Below are positions 11,101 through 19,798 of a stretch of DNA of 64,000 nt, in pieces. This DNA comes from Roseinatronobacter sp. (GTDB lineage Bacteria; Pseudomonadota; Alphaproteobacteria; Rhodobacterales; Rhodobacteraceae), in contig JBKBLP010000007.1 in the NCBI GenBank assembly GCA_046296275.1, positions 33,268-97,267 on the forward strand, written 5' to 3'. Each line of letters opens with the position of its first letter. The first letter of the stretch is position 1. Both the position numbers and the translations under genes were made by a program. The notes beneath the pieces were generated by a model, which worked only from the letters and a program-made list of their open reading frames with translations, was not told the origin of the DNA and made no database searches.

Positions 11101-11313
11101 CTGTGTCAGCAACAAATGTTCGCCGGGGACAACCAGTTTGGTCGTAATCCCGTCGGGCGCCAGCAAACGCGCCTTTTCGACAAGCGCGCGCATCGGTTGC
11201 GCCAAGTCGGCACCATCGAGCGCAACGGCACCCACACGCAACCAGCCATCGCCGCTCCGGTGCCAGAGCGTGATCCCGTCATCGGTCAGACCAAGAGCAA
11301 AATTCGGTTTCAT
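8173..11313 (-). CDS. large Pro/Ala-rich single-pass membrane protein, with PilM/GspL-like N-terminus and PilP/GspC-like C-terminus
   Basis: 1046 aa; globular N-terminus (TPFPVEELVFDW, ARETLIEAEDFA), central TM (LLVAGGSLLVLVAAAIWALYFL), low-complexity linkers, C-terminal NLIGVMG...RALVRLSNGRVVTVRVGERLDDGQVTAIG. Confidence 0.7.
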   Translation of the reverse strand: MKPNFALGLTDDGITLWHRSGDGWLRVGAVALDGADLAQPMRALVEKARLLAPDGITTKLVVPGEHLLLTQAHAPGPGANAQANQIRASLAGRTPFPVEELVFDWSGASSDVAVVVTARETLIEAEDFATDNGLNPVCFVAAVPAPGFRGEPFLGLTRRARAMGMTPEAITRDPAVLRETGIARMPAPKPSVPKVDIPATPVPPPAPKNEAPVAPPKPEPIEGPAEPAQVKVTQNTASDATDAAKPTKQAKLADTPKPEQPKVTVARDKTERPVADALPKAEQPKDNPAPTANAADTSAAFRSRRGTTDAPVPEPATEAKQKTTTATPSPRPSAAAEKPDVVKLAQAKLTSSRATIAAQIKSVSDALRKALPQARDKTPDLIETPDATLARLRSAADVTTKPVPAQPKPAAPAAVSEKVLPDTSSALPPPSQLSPIETLRRVQGQTIPSRTTEAERMTVFGARGAAISPDAPRNRALLVAGGSLLVLVAAAIWALYFLARPTDQAELPEPPREAAAILAPIALPEDVAERDTDPTDDLAAIEAALGADDAAEAERPIEDGSDGMVLPGTPSDEASTPAPVTPPDASGGPTPSQSATPDTAEAGIADLAETSRAGQLAEIRSNSVQLPDDLSQPFSAPNPPAPFGTEPLPPVRAAEAAPQEAATTDLALDTDTPLPDAQGPDAEQELDIRVQAGRPPSRPPAKPARFSQPETTEAEQDAALALPPATSDMASAPDVATEAKQASAAATEDSLVIAVMDAGPPVTPPNFAPRADTATALTLSAQPNDARAELEQRLDQAAIPATLGFVAAPPPDALTEESLEIVVIQARPVVVPSRRAGEAPEQPDPPVSVESAALPDANAALPPPGGVLLSALMRPAPRPSDLIRSAPEPEPARDFSRATTQAVAASPRPADKPSRFAQIVQRSLAAVTAQRPRVTTPPASIAAVPPPVPEPVQTASAAVAAMPNLPTATSVAREATQARAINLRQVNLIGVMGTNANRRALVRLSNGRVVTVRVGERLDDGQVTAIGDSELRYNRRGRDVVLRIAS

Positions 11314-11426
11314 GGCCCGGCTTTAGCACCATATCGGTTGCGGCGGGAGTCTCAATTCCGTGTCAGGGCCACGGGGCTGCAAGATTCCGCGCAGACAATG
11401 TCCGCGCGGAACAGGGGCTTGGGGGC

Positions 11427-12707
11427 TCAGGCTGTCGCGCGCGCCAATGCTTGCTCAAGATCGGCGATCAGGTCGGCCGGGTCCTCTAGCCCGATGGACA
11501 GACGCACCACATCCGGCCCCGCGCCTGCCGCGATCTGCTGGGCGGGCGCAAGCTGACGGTGGGTGGTGGACGCCGAATGGATCACCAAGGACCGCGCATC
11601 GCCCAAATTGGCCACATGGCTGAACAGGTTCAGCGCATCGATGAAGCGCACGCAGGCGTCATAGCCATCCTTGAGCGCAAAGGTGAACAGGGATGACGCG
11701 CCTTTGGGGCAAATCCGTGCCATACGGTCGTGATAAGGGCTGTCAGGCAGGCCCGCATAAGTGACTTTGGCCACCGCCGGGTGGGCTTGCAGCCACTTGG
11801 CGACGGTCAAGGCATTGGTGCAGTGGCGATCCATACGCAGGGACAAGGTTTCCAGTCCCATCAGCGTGTAATGCGCCGCTTGCGGGTTCAGCGTCATGCC
11901 CAGATCGCGCAGCCCAATCGCGATGCTATGGAAGGTAAACGCCAGATTGCCGAAGGTTTCGTGGAATTTCAGCCCATGATAGGCGGGTTCCGGGTCTGCG
12001 AGTGACGGGAACTTGCCGTTCGACCAGTTGAAGCGCCCCGAATCAACCACGACACCGCCTGTCACCGTGCCGTTGCCCGTCATGTATTTGGTCATCGAAT
12101 GCACAACCAGCGTTGCGCCATGTTCGATGGGGCGGCAAAGGTAGGGGGTGGCGGTGGTGTTATCCACGATCAGCGGCACGCCTGCGCGGTCAGCAATTGC
12201 GGCAATCGCGTCCAGATCGGTGATATACCCGCCCGGATTGGCGATGCTCTCGCAGAACACCGCGCGGGTGTTGTCGTTGATGGCGGCCTCCACAGCGGCC
12301 AGATCATCGAAATCCACAAACGTCGCAGACCAGCCGAAGCGGCGGATCGTCTGGCTGAACTGGGTCATCGTGCCACCATAGAGCCGCGAAGAGGCCACGA
12401 TATTCAGCCCCGGCCCCATCAGCGGAAACAGCGCCATGATTTGCGCGGCGTGTCCCGACGAGCAGCAGACTGCGCCTGCGCCACCCTCCAACGTTGCCAC
12501 ACGCTCTTGCAGCGCCGACACGGTCGGGTTCGTCAGGCGGGAATAGATGTAGCCCACTTCCTGCAGATTGAACAAAGCCGCCGCGTGGTCGGCGTCGCGA
12601 AACACAAAAGCGGTGGTCTGGTAAACTGGCACCTGCCGCGCGCCAGTGGCGGGGTCAGGGCGCGCGCCTGCATGAATTTGCAGCGTATCAAAGCCTGGCT
12701 GGGTCAT
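11427..12707 (-). CDS. metY: O-acetylhomoserine aminocarboxypropyltransferase/cysteine synthase
   Basis: YIYSRLTNPT, LIVDNT, HSMTKY (PLP lysine), SHVANLGDARSL, VRLSIGLED. Confidence 0.93.
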   Translation of the reverse strand: MTQPGFDTLQIHAGARPDPATGARQVPVYQTTAFVFRDADHAAALFNLQEVGYIYSRLTNPTVSALQERVATLEGGAGAVCCSSGHAAQIMALFPLMGPGLNIVASSRLYGGTMTQFSQTIRRFGWSATFVDFDDLAAVEAAINDNTRAVFCESIANPGGYITDLDAIAAIADRAGVPLIVDNTTATPYLCRPIEHGATLVVHSMTKYMTGNGTVTGGVVVDSGRFNWSNGKFPSLADPEPAYHGLKFHETFGNLAFTFHSIAIGLRDLGMTLNPQAAHYTLMGLETLSLRMDRHCTNALTVAKWLQAHPAVAKVTYAGLPDSPYHDRMARICPKGASSLFTFALKDGYDACVRFIDALNLFSHVANLGDARSLVIHSASTTHRQLAPAQQIAAGAGPDVVRLSIGLEDPADLIADLEQALARATA

Positions 12708-12720
12708 GGTCTATCCTCCC

Positions 12721-12741
12721 GTTTTTGAATTGATCAAAAAC
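12721..12741. promoter_or_regulatory. perfect 8-bp inverted repeat abutting the metY RBS
   Basis: GTTTTTGA-ATTGA-TCAAAAAC directly 5' of GGGAGG on the minus strand. Confidence 0.5.
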
Positions 12742-12881
12742 TATGCGAGGAACGCCCAAGCGGCAATCCCCGCCCGCAGGCCTAGAAGGTGCGAGGCGCG
12801 AAAAGAACACCAGCCCACATGGTGCTGCCCCTTTGGAACAAGCGTTCGCGGGTTTGCTGTAATCCCAGACAGTTGCCTGCG

Positions 12882-13112
12882 TCAGTTCCGCATTTCGGGC
12901 TTCGGCAGGGCCAACTGCTCGTCCGGCATCTGGTCAGGCAGGGCCACACTGATCGTGCCCTCGTCGGGATAGACCGTGATCCGCGCTTTGGGCGAGAGCG
13001 TCACAAGCACATCGTTCAATTCGCGCAAGGCCCGTTCAACAGTCCGGCGCTGCGTTTCAGCAGCAGGCGCGGCGATCACTTTCTCTGCGTTACCGAACAG
13101 GAATTTGAACAT
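12882..13112 (-). CDS. small hypothetical protein
   Basis: 76 aa; AAAGGA RBS upstream; protein-like composition; fills the gap between crtC and metY. Confidence 0.65.
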   Translation of the reverse strand: MFKFLFGNAEKVIAAPAAETQRRTVERALRELNDVLVTLSPKARITVYPDEGTISVALPDQMPDEQLALPKPEMRN

Positions 13113-13233
13113 TTTGCATCCTTTCCTTTGGCAAATGGTCTGTCTGTCATAATCACGCTCCCCATACGCGCCGAGCGGGGGATTCGCCGGTCAATTTTGT
13201 GCAAGTCGGGGCGGGCAGGCGGAAACCCGCCCG

Positions 13234-14079
13234 TCATGCGCTACCATGCGACCAACCCGCCCGGCGCGGCACGCGCACAGCGAGCATGGGCATCAGCAGC
13301 GGGCTGCGAAAGCGTCGCAGATCAAGCGCTTCATGTACGCCGACGCTTTCTTCGCCATCAAGTTTCGTGCGCACAGCCGCGCGGGTGTAGAAGGGTGCGT
13401 CCAGCATCGGCAGCGCTTGCTTGGGGTGATAGCCCGCATCCGCCCGCGTTTCGCGCCGCACGGCCCACAGGCTGCGCGTCAGCCGCGCGCGAGGGTGGGG
13501 GTCTACCTGTTCGGAGCGCCCATCGGGGTGGAAATGCACGGCCGTGGCCAGTTCCGACCCATCCGCGCGCACTGCGTCATAAAAGCACCGCGCGCCCCCG
13601 CGCAGGGGGAAGCGGCCCCAGGTCCAGTAGCGGAAATCGGCTTCGAGCGCGGCATGACCAAAGTTCGAGTCAAAATAGCCATGCCCCTGCCATTTGTGGC
13701 CGGGCGACAGATCGACCTCGATCCGGGCAATGGGTGCGAAGGGCTGCCAGCGGTGGCGGCCATCGGGCGTCAGGTCGTGGCTTTGACCAAACAGCGCCGA
13801 GGGGTGCAACACGATCCGCCCGCGCACCCGGCTGACAAGGGGGAGCGAGGAGATCTCGTTCACCTCGATCACCAGTTTGTCGCCGTCCCAATGCAAAGCA
13901 CTTGGCCCCACTTGGAACGTGTCCACCGACTGCCGCAAAGCCGCGCGGCCGCGGTCGGTCATGGTAAACCGCCCCTTCGGACCATAGGTCACGACATTGA
14001 TGCAGCAATGGTTCTGCGGATCACGCCGCCCGGACCACCGATACCACGGCGAGAATACCGAGCCTATGAACGCGATCAC
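13234..14079 (-). CDS. crtC: carotenoid 1,2-hydratase (hydroxyneurosporene synthase)
   Basis: IAFIGSVFSPWY, MTDRGR, HRWQPFAP, GHGYFDSNFG, LDAPFY motifs. The GTG at 14079 overlaps the crtD stop, but the frame stays open to 14460, so the true start may be upstream. Confidence 0.92.
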   Translation of the reverse strand: MIAFIGSVFSPWYRWSGRRDPQNHCCINVVTYGPKGRFTMTDRGRAALRQSVDTFQVGPSALHWDGDKLVIEVNEISSLPLVSRVRGRIVLHPSALFGQSHDLTPDGRHRWQPFAPIARIEVDLSPGHKWQGHGYFDSNFGHAALEADFRYWTWGRFPLRGGARCFYDAVRADGSELATAVHFHPDGRSEQVDPHPRARLTRSLWAVRRETRADAGYHPKQALPMLDAPFYTRAAVRTKLDGEESVGVHEALDLRRFRSPLLMPMLAVRVPRRAGWSHGSA

Positions 14080-15632
14080 CGAGACGGCGCGCGTTCCGCA
14101 ATCGCTGATCCCGTCGATATACCACCACGCATAACCATCGGGCGCGACGGGGATGCTGAAATCTGGTCCGACAGCACGGCTTGCGCCGCGTGCCCCCCGG
14201 ACATCGCCGCCATCGGCACGCCCGCCCCCGGATGCACCCCGCCCCCTGCCAGATAGAGGCCCTTGATCTTCGTGCGCGCGTGCGGTCGCTGGAATGTGGC
14301 CATCGTCCCGTTCGGCGACAACCCGTAAAGCGCGCCCTGAGAGGCCGGGAACAGGGCTGCGAAATCGTGTGGTTGCGTCAGCGTCTGCGCTGTCGCCTCG
14401 GCCCGCGGGGTCAGCGTCAGGCCAAATTGCGCCAGCCGGTCGAAGGGGTGCATCTGACATGGCGTATCCTTTGGCTGAGTATGGGGCAGGGGGGGCGCGT
14501 TCAGGATGAACTGGAACCGCTCGCGCCCCTTGGGGTGCGCGCTTGCGCGGTCCTGGGCGCAGACATAGAGTGTGGGGGTGGCAGGCGTCTGCCCGCGCGC
14601 GAGGGGGCCGAATTCCTGCGCGGGGTCATCGGCAAAGAACACGTTGTGATAGGCCAGATCGCGCGGGCCGATCGCGCCTGGCTGGACTTGCGCGGCGACA
14701 GTCCAGACCTGCGCGGACAGGCTGCGGGGCTGGGTCTGGTTGCGCTTGAGGGGGCTTGTGTCAAGCAGGGCTGACAATGCGGCCGGGTCGCCGTTGTGGA
14801 TGACCTGCGCGGCGTTCAGCACGGTTCCATCCGACAACCGAACCCCTGTCACGTGGCCCGCCTTGGTCAGGATGGCCGCAACATCGACCCCCAGATGGAC
14901 CTGCCCGCCTAAACGCTCGATCAGGCCGACCAGCGCGCGTGCAAGGGCGGCCATGCCCCCCTTGACGGCCCAAACCCCTGCCGCTTCGGCCTGCCAGATC
15001 AGCCCCAGAACGGCAGGCGCGCGCAACGGATTGCCGCCGACATACGTCGCATAGCGCCCGAAAAGCTGCCGCAGCCGCGGCTCGCGCAGGCGCGCGCGCA
15101 GCATCGCGTCCAGCGTGCGGCCCGGCACAAGCCAGGGCAGCGTGCCGCCCGCGCGCAGCGCCGCCTGCGCGGACCCAATCAGGCTCGGGACAGGTGCGCG
15201 CATCACAGGCGCATCGAAAGCCTTGAAAAGACTGCGTGTTTCTTGCTCGAACTGCGCGAAATCCGCGCCTGCCCGCGCGCCAAAAGCGTGCGCAATCGCC
15301 AAGCGATTGGCCTCTGGGTCCGCAACCAGATCCAGCTTTGTGCCATCGCTCCAGAAATGCCGCGCGAGCACTGGCAAAAGCTGCAAGGTCACGTGGTCGG
15401 CAAGCCGCGTGCCCGCTTGCGCGAACAGATCGTCAAAGACCGCGCGCATGGTCAGCACAGTTGGCCCCGCATCGACTGGCCCCGCATCGGAGGGCAGCGT
15501 GCGCATCTTGCCGCCTGCCCAATCGTGACGCTCCAGCACCTCGACCCGCCGCCCGGCAGCGGCCAGTCGTAGCGCGGCGGCAAGGCCGCCGATTCCGGCC
15601 CCAATAATCAAGATGCGATCTTCTTGGCTCAT
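14076..15632 (-). CDS. crtD: 1-hydroxycarotenoid 3,4-desaturase
   Basis: IIGAGIGGLAAA, DAGPTVLTM, FGRYATYVG, GLYLAGGGVHPGAGVPMA; located between crtC and divergent crtE; start at MSQED. Confidence 0.93.
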   Translation of the reverse strand: MSQEDRILIIGAGIGGLAAALRLAAAGRRVEVLERHDWAGGKMRTLPSDAGPVDAGPTVLTMRAVFDDLFAQAGTRLADHVTLQLLPVLARHFWSDGTKLDLVADPEANRLAIAHAFGARAGADFAQFEQETRSLFKAFDAPVMRAPVPSLIGSAQAALRAGGTLPWLVPGRTLDAMLRARLREPRLRQLFGRYATYVGGNPLRAPAVLGLIWQAEAAGVWAVKGGMAALARALVGLIERLGGQVHLGVDVAAILTKAGHVTGVRLSDGTVLNAAQVIHNGDPAALSALLDTSPLKRNQTQPRSLSAQVWTVAAQVQPGAIGPRDLAYHNVFFADDPAQEFGPLARGQTPATPTLYVCAQDRASAHPKGRERFQFILNAPPLPHTQPKDTPCQMHPFDRLAQFGLTLTPRAEATAQTLTQPHDFAALFPASQGALYGLSPNGTMATFQRPHARTKIKGLYLAGGGVHPGAGVPMAAMSGGHAAQAVLSDQISASPSRPMVMRGGISTGSAIAERAPSR

Positions 15633-15662
15633 GTCAGGAATTCTTGACTCTTTGCGCGAAAC

Positions 15663-15704
15663 TGTCCAGTATAATTTACACATACCTGTCCAATTCGGCT
15701 GACA
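15663..15704. promoter_or_regulatory. tandem PpsR/CrtJ operators (TGT-N12-ACA) in the crtD/crtE divergent promoter
   Basis: TGTccagtataatttACA (15663-15680) and TGTccaattcggctgACA (15687-15704); a third near-match TGT-N12-ACT at 15632-15649. Confidence 0.9.
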
Positions 15705-15734
15705 ATAGCCGATCCGCACCAGATGGAGGCCCCC

Positions 15735-16604
15735 ATGGACTTGAGCACCCGCATCGACAAAGCCATGAGCGCGGCCATCACGCAGGCCCAAGGGCAGGGG
15801 GCCGGCACGCCGGGGCGCTTGGCGGCTGCGTTGCATTATGCCGTGACCCCCGGCGGCGCGCGCATCCGGCCCACGATCTGCCTGTCAGTGGCGTGCGCTT
15901 GCGGTGATGATCGCCCCGATCTGGCCAATCGCGCGGCGATTGCTTTGGAGTTGATCCATTGCGCAAGCCTCGTGCATGACGATTTGCCCGCTTTCGACAA
16001 TGCCGATTTCCGGCGCGGCAAGCCCACGATCCATCTGGCCTTTTCCGAACCGCTTGCGGTGCTGACCGGCGACAGCCTGATCATCGCGGCTTTTGATCTG
16101 CTTGCAGGCGCGGATGATGCCGACGCCTTGCGCGCGCTGCGGCTGTCGCGGTTGCTCGCGTATCACACAGGCATGCCGTATGGCATTTGCGCAGGGCAGG
16201 GGTGGGAATCGGAAGCGCAAGTGGACCTGCGCGCCTATCACCGCGCCAAAACGGGCGCTTTGTTCATGGCTGCGACCAAGATGGGCGCTGTGGCTGCGGG
16301 CTATGCGGCGGAGCCGTGGGAAGAGCTGGGCGACCGTATCGGCGAGGCATTCCAGGTGGCCGACGACCTGCGCGACGCGCTCTATGACGCCGAAACCTTG
16401 GGCAAACCTGCGGGGCAGGATGCAGTGAACGCGCGCCCCTCGGCGGTCGAGCAAATGGGCGTGCAAGGGGCGATCCGGCACTTGCAGGACATCTTGAGTG
16501 GGGCCATCGCCTCGATCCCGTCCTGCCCGGGTGAAGCGAGCTTGGCCCAACTTGTCCGGCTTTATGCCGAACGCATGACCCCTGTCGCGCCTGTGCGGGT
16601 GTAA
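15735..16604 (+). CDS. crtE: geranylgeranyl pyrophosphate synthase
   Basis: PGGARIRP, HCASLVHDDLPAFD...RRGKP, FQVADDL; GGAGG RBS. Confidence 0.95.
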   Translation: MDLSTRIDKAMSAAITQAQGQGAGTPGRLAAALHYAVTPGGARIRPTICLSVACACGDDRPDLANRAAIALELIHCASLVHDDLPAFDNADFRRGKPTIHLAFSEPLAVLTGDSLIIAAFDLLAGADDADALRALRLSRLLAYHTGMPYGICAGQGWESEAQVDLRAYHRAKTGALFMAATKMGAVAAGYAAEPWEELGDRIGEAFQVADDLRDALYDAETLGKPAGQDAVNARPSAVEQMGVQGAIRHLQDILSGAIASIPSCPGEASLAQLVRLYAERMTPVAPVRV

Positions 16605-16606
16605 GC

Positions 16607-17734
16607 ATGGCGGACATGCCTGTGCCCGAAGGGGCCTTTCGGCCGGCGGGGTGGATCAACCGCTTGGCGGCAAGCGAAGGCTTCCAGAATTTCTGCGCCC
16701 GCGTGCCGGGTCTGCGCGGCATCGCGCGGGCCGAAGGTGCGGCATTGTTCAACCTGATGCAAGGCTTCGTGCAAAGCCAGATGCTGATGGCGCTGGTCGA
16801 ATTGCGCGTGCTGCATTTGCTCGCCGATGGCCCGGCCGAGGTGGCCTCGCTCGCGCTGCGCTGCGAGGTGCCCGTGGAGCGGATGGCGATCTTGTTGCAA
16901 GCGGGCGCGGCGATGGGGCTTCTTAAGCGCCGCCGCGATGGGCGTTTCGCGCTTGCCCGGCGCGGCGCGGCCTTCGCTGCGATCCCCGGTCTGGCCGATA
17001 TGGTGCGCCATCACACAGTTCTTTATGACGATCTGGCCGATCCGGTCGCGTTTCTGCGGGGCCACACTGCGCCCGGACTGGCCGAATTCTGGCCCTATGT
17101 GTTCGGGGCGACAGGGCCAATGGACCCGGCCACGATCACGCGCTATTCGCGCCTGATGGCCGACAGTCAGAGCATGGTCGCAGCGGAAGCGCTCGCGCAT
17201 CTCGACCTGCGCGATGTGGCGCGCCTGATGGATGTGGGCGGCGGCACAGGCGCGTTTCTGCGGGCTGTGCGCGCCCGCTGGCCCGATCTGCAACTGGCGC
17301 TGTTCGATCTTCCCGATGTGGTGGCGCAAGCGGCGCTGCCTGCCGATGTCGCGCGCCATGGCGGTTCGTTCCGAGCGGATGACCTGCCCAAGGGCGCGGA
17401 TGCGATTTCGCTTGTGCGCGTGCTCTATGACCATAGCGACGACACCGTGCGCGGGCTTCTGGCCCGTGTTCATGCCGCTTTGCCCCCGGGTGGGCGCGTG
17501 CTGATCGTGGAGCCGATGTCGGGCGGCGGACGTCCCGATCCGCAAACGGATGTGTACTTTTCAGTTTACACCTTGGCGATGGGGACCGGGCGCACCCGCT
17601 CTGCCGCCGATATTGGCGCATTGCTGCGAGAGGCCGGATTTTCAATGATTTCAGCGCCTTCGACGCGTAAATCCTATGTCACCTCTGTCCTGACGGCCTA
17701 CAAGGCAAAAGAAAGCGCCATGGACAGCAAATAA
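16607..17734 (+). CDS. crtF: demethylspheroidene O-methyltransferase
   Basis: [12 protein letters not shown] motif, [25 protein letters not shown]; follows crtE. Confidence 0.94.
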   Translation: MADMPVPEGAFRPAGWINRLAASEGFQNFCARVPGLRGIARAEGAALFNLMQGFVQSQMLMALVELRVLHLLADGPAEVASLALRCEVPVERMAILLQAGAAMGLLKRRRDGRFALARRGAAFAAIPGLADMVRHHTVLYDDLADPVAFLRGHTAPGLAEFWPYVFGATGPMDPATITRYSRLMADSQSMVAAEALAHLDLRDVARLMDVGGGTGAFLRAVRARWPDLQLALFDLPDVVAQAALPADVARHGGSFRADDLPKGADAISLVRVLYDHSDDTVRGLLARVHAALPPGGRVLIVEPMSGGGRPDPQTDVYFSVYTLAMGTGRTRSAADIGALLREAGFSMISAPSTRKSYVTSVLTAYKAKESAMDSK

Positions 17735-17735
17735 C

Positions 17736-17779
17736 TGTCAATTATTATTGACACTACGGGCAGTAACAGTAAGATTACA
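17736..17779 (+). promoter_or_regulatory. bchC sigma70 promoter overlapped by a PpsR/CrtJ palindrome pair
   Basis: TGTcaattattattgACA (17736-17753, contains -35 TTGACA), 8-bp spacer, AGTaacagtaagattACA (17762-17779, contains -10 TAAGAT); this is the canonical bchC arrangement. Confidence 0.9.
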
Positions 17780-17840
17780 ACGTAGGGCGCGAGTCGGTAT
17801 TGAACCGACGAAAGATCGTCCCAAGGCAGGAGCTAGCACT

Positions 17841-18797
17841 GTGCAGACCGACGCCATCCTTCTGACTGCCCCTCGCCAGTTGTCGCTGTCGCGGGTGGCG
17901 CTGAAAGAGCCGGGCGCGTCCGATCTGGTGGTGCGCATCGATCATTCTGGCATCTCGACGGGCACGGAAAAGCTGTTCTGGTCCGGTGCCATGCCCCCGT
18001 TTCCCGGCATGGGTTATCCGCTGGTGCCCGGCTATGAAGCCGCAGGCGAGGTGATCGAAGCGGGTGCCGAAACTGGCTACAAACCCGGCGAGCGTGTCTT
18101 TGTGCCCGGGGCGAATTGCTTTGGCCAAAGCGATGGTGTGCAGGTTTACGGACTGTTCGGGGGTGCCTCGCGCCTGCTGGTGACGGATGCCGCGCGTGTG
18201 ACCCGGATTGACCCCGCAATGGGGGCCACAGGCGCGCTGCTCGCTTTGGCCGCAACCGCGCGTCACGCACTGGCCGCGCCCGGTGCGACACTGCCGGATC
18301 TGATCGTGGGTCATGGGGTGCTGGGCCGGTTGCTCGCGCGGATTACGTGCGCTGTTGGCGGGGCTGCGCCGACAGTTTGGGAAATCAACCCAGCGCGGCA
18401 AGGCGGGGCCACAGGCTACGCGGTCACGACCGCCGAGGCTGACCCCTGCCGCGATTACCGCGCGATTTACGATGTGTCGGGCGCCGAAGGGATGCTTGAC
18501 CAACTTATTAGCCGCCTGGCCAAGGGCGGCGAGCTGGTGCTCGCAGGCTTCTACACCAAGCCGCTGCAATTTGCTTTTGTCCCTGCCTTCCTGCGCGAAG
18601 CCCGCCTGCGAATTGCTGCGGAATGGCAGGCCGATGACCTGGCCGCCACGCGCGACTTGATCGACCGGGGCGCGCTGTCGCTTGACGGACTGATTACCCA
18701 CCGCGCCCAGCCGCAAGATGCGGCACGCGCTTATGAAACGGCCTTCAGCGATCCTGACTGCCTGAAGATGATCCTTGATTGGGAGAACCACGCATGA
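17841..18797 (+). CDS. bchC: 3-hydroxyethyl bacteriochlorophyllide a dehydrogenase
   Basis: GTG at 17841 after AGGAG; [45 protein letters not shown]. Confidence 0.95.
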   Translation: MQTDAILLTAPRQLSLSRVALKEPGASDLVVRIDHSGISTGTEKLFWSGAMPPFPGMGYPLVPGYEAAGEVIEAGAETGYKPGERVFVPGANCFGQSDGVQVYGLFGGASRLLVTDAARVTRIDPAMGATGALLALAATARHALAAPGATLPDLIVGHGVLGRLLARITCAVGGAAPTVWEINPARQGGATGYAVTTAEADPCRDYRAIYDVSGAEGMLDQLISRLAKGGELVLAGFYTKPLQFAFVPAFLREARLRIAAEWQADDLAATRDLIDRGALSLDGLITHRAQPQDAARAYETAFSDPDCLKMILDWENHA

Positions 18798-19798
18798 GCC
18801 TCGACATCCCGAACCTCAAGGACTTTGACAAGCGTTTGCGCGATGAAGCGCATGAAGAACCCATGCTCGAAATCCCGCAGGACCCGCCCAGCAAGAAAAC
18901 CCAGATCATCGCGATCTATGGCAAGGGGGGCATCGGCAAGTCGTTTACGCTCGCGAACCTGTCTTGCATGATGGCCGAAATGGGCAAGCGCGTGCTGCTC
19001 ATTGGCTGCGACCCGAAATCGGACACGACCAGCCTGCTGTTTGGCGGCAAGGCCTGCCCCACGATCATCGAAACCTCGACCCGCAAGAAACTGGCGGGCG
19101 AAGAAGTGGCGATTGGCGATGTCTGCTTCAAGCGCAATGGTGTGTTCGCGATGGAGTTGGGCGGGCCGGAAGTGGGCCGCGGCTGCGGCGGGCGCGGGAT
19201 CATCCACGGGTTTGAACTGCTCGAAAAGCTTGGCTTCCATGACTGGGATTTTGACTATGTGCTGCTCGATTTCCTGGGCGATGTGGTCTGCGGCGGCTTC
19301 GGCCTTCCCATCGCGCGGGACATGGCGCAGAAGGTGATCCTTGTCGGATCGAACGACCTGCAATCGCTCTATGTGGCCAACAATGTCTGCTCGGCGGTGG
19401 AATATTTCCGCAAGCTCGGTGGCAATGTGGGCGTGGCGGGGCTGGTCATCAACAAGGATGACGGCACGGGCGAGGCGCAGGCTTTCGCGAAAGCCGTAAA
19501 CATCCCCGTTCTGGCCGCCATCCCCGCCGATGACGATCTGCGCAAGAAATCCGCGAATTACCAGATTGTGGGCACCCATGCGGGGCCTTGGGGCGCGCTG
19601 TTTGCGCAGCTTGCAGGCGCTGTGGCCGACGCCCCCCCGATCCGCCCGAAGCCGCTCGATCAGGACGGCTTGCTCGGCCTGTTCGACGCCAAGGATACGG
19701 GCGGCAATGTGGTGCTCGAGCCTGCGACGGATGCCGACATGCGCGGCAAGTTCGCCGTGGAAAAAGTCTCGCTCGAAGTGGTCTACGATAATGCCTGA
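18794..19798 (+). CDS. bchX: chlorophyllide a reductase iron protein subunit X
   Basis: NifH-like [38 protein letters not shown]. Confidence 0.97.
   Translation: MSLDIPNLKDFDKRLRDEAHEEPMLEIPQDPPSKKTQIIAIYGKGGIGKSFTLANLSCMMAEMGKRVLLIGCDPKSDTTSLLFGGKACPTIIETSTRKKLAGEEVAIGDVCFKRNGVFAMELGGPEVGRGCGGRGIIHGFELLEKLGFHDWDFDYVLLDFLGDVVCGGFGLPIARDMAQKVILVGSNDLQSLYVANNVCSAVEYFRKLGGNVGVAGLVINKDDGTGEAQAFAKAVNIPVLAAIPADDDLRKKSANYQIVGTHAGPWGALFAQLAGAVADAPPIRPKPLDQDGLLGLFDAKDTGGNVVLEPATDADMRGKFAVEKVSLEVVYDNA

Noticed and set aside
12725-12737. FNR/FnrL box upstream of metY
   Set aside because: TTGAA-N3-ATCAA is one base short of TTGAT-N4-ATCAA.
12708-12880. SAM-II or SAM-SAH riboswitch before metY
   Set aside because: No recognisable consensus by eye; an Rfam scan would be decisive.
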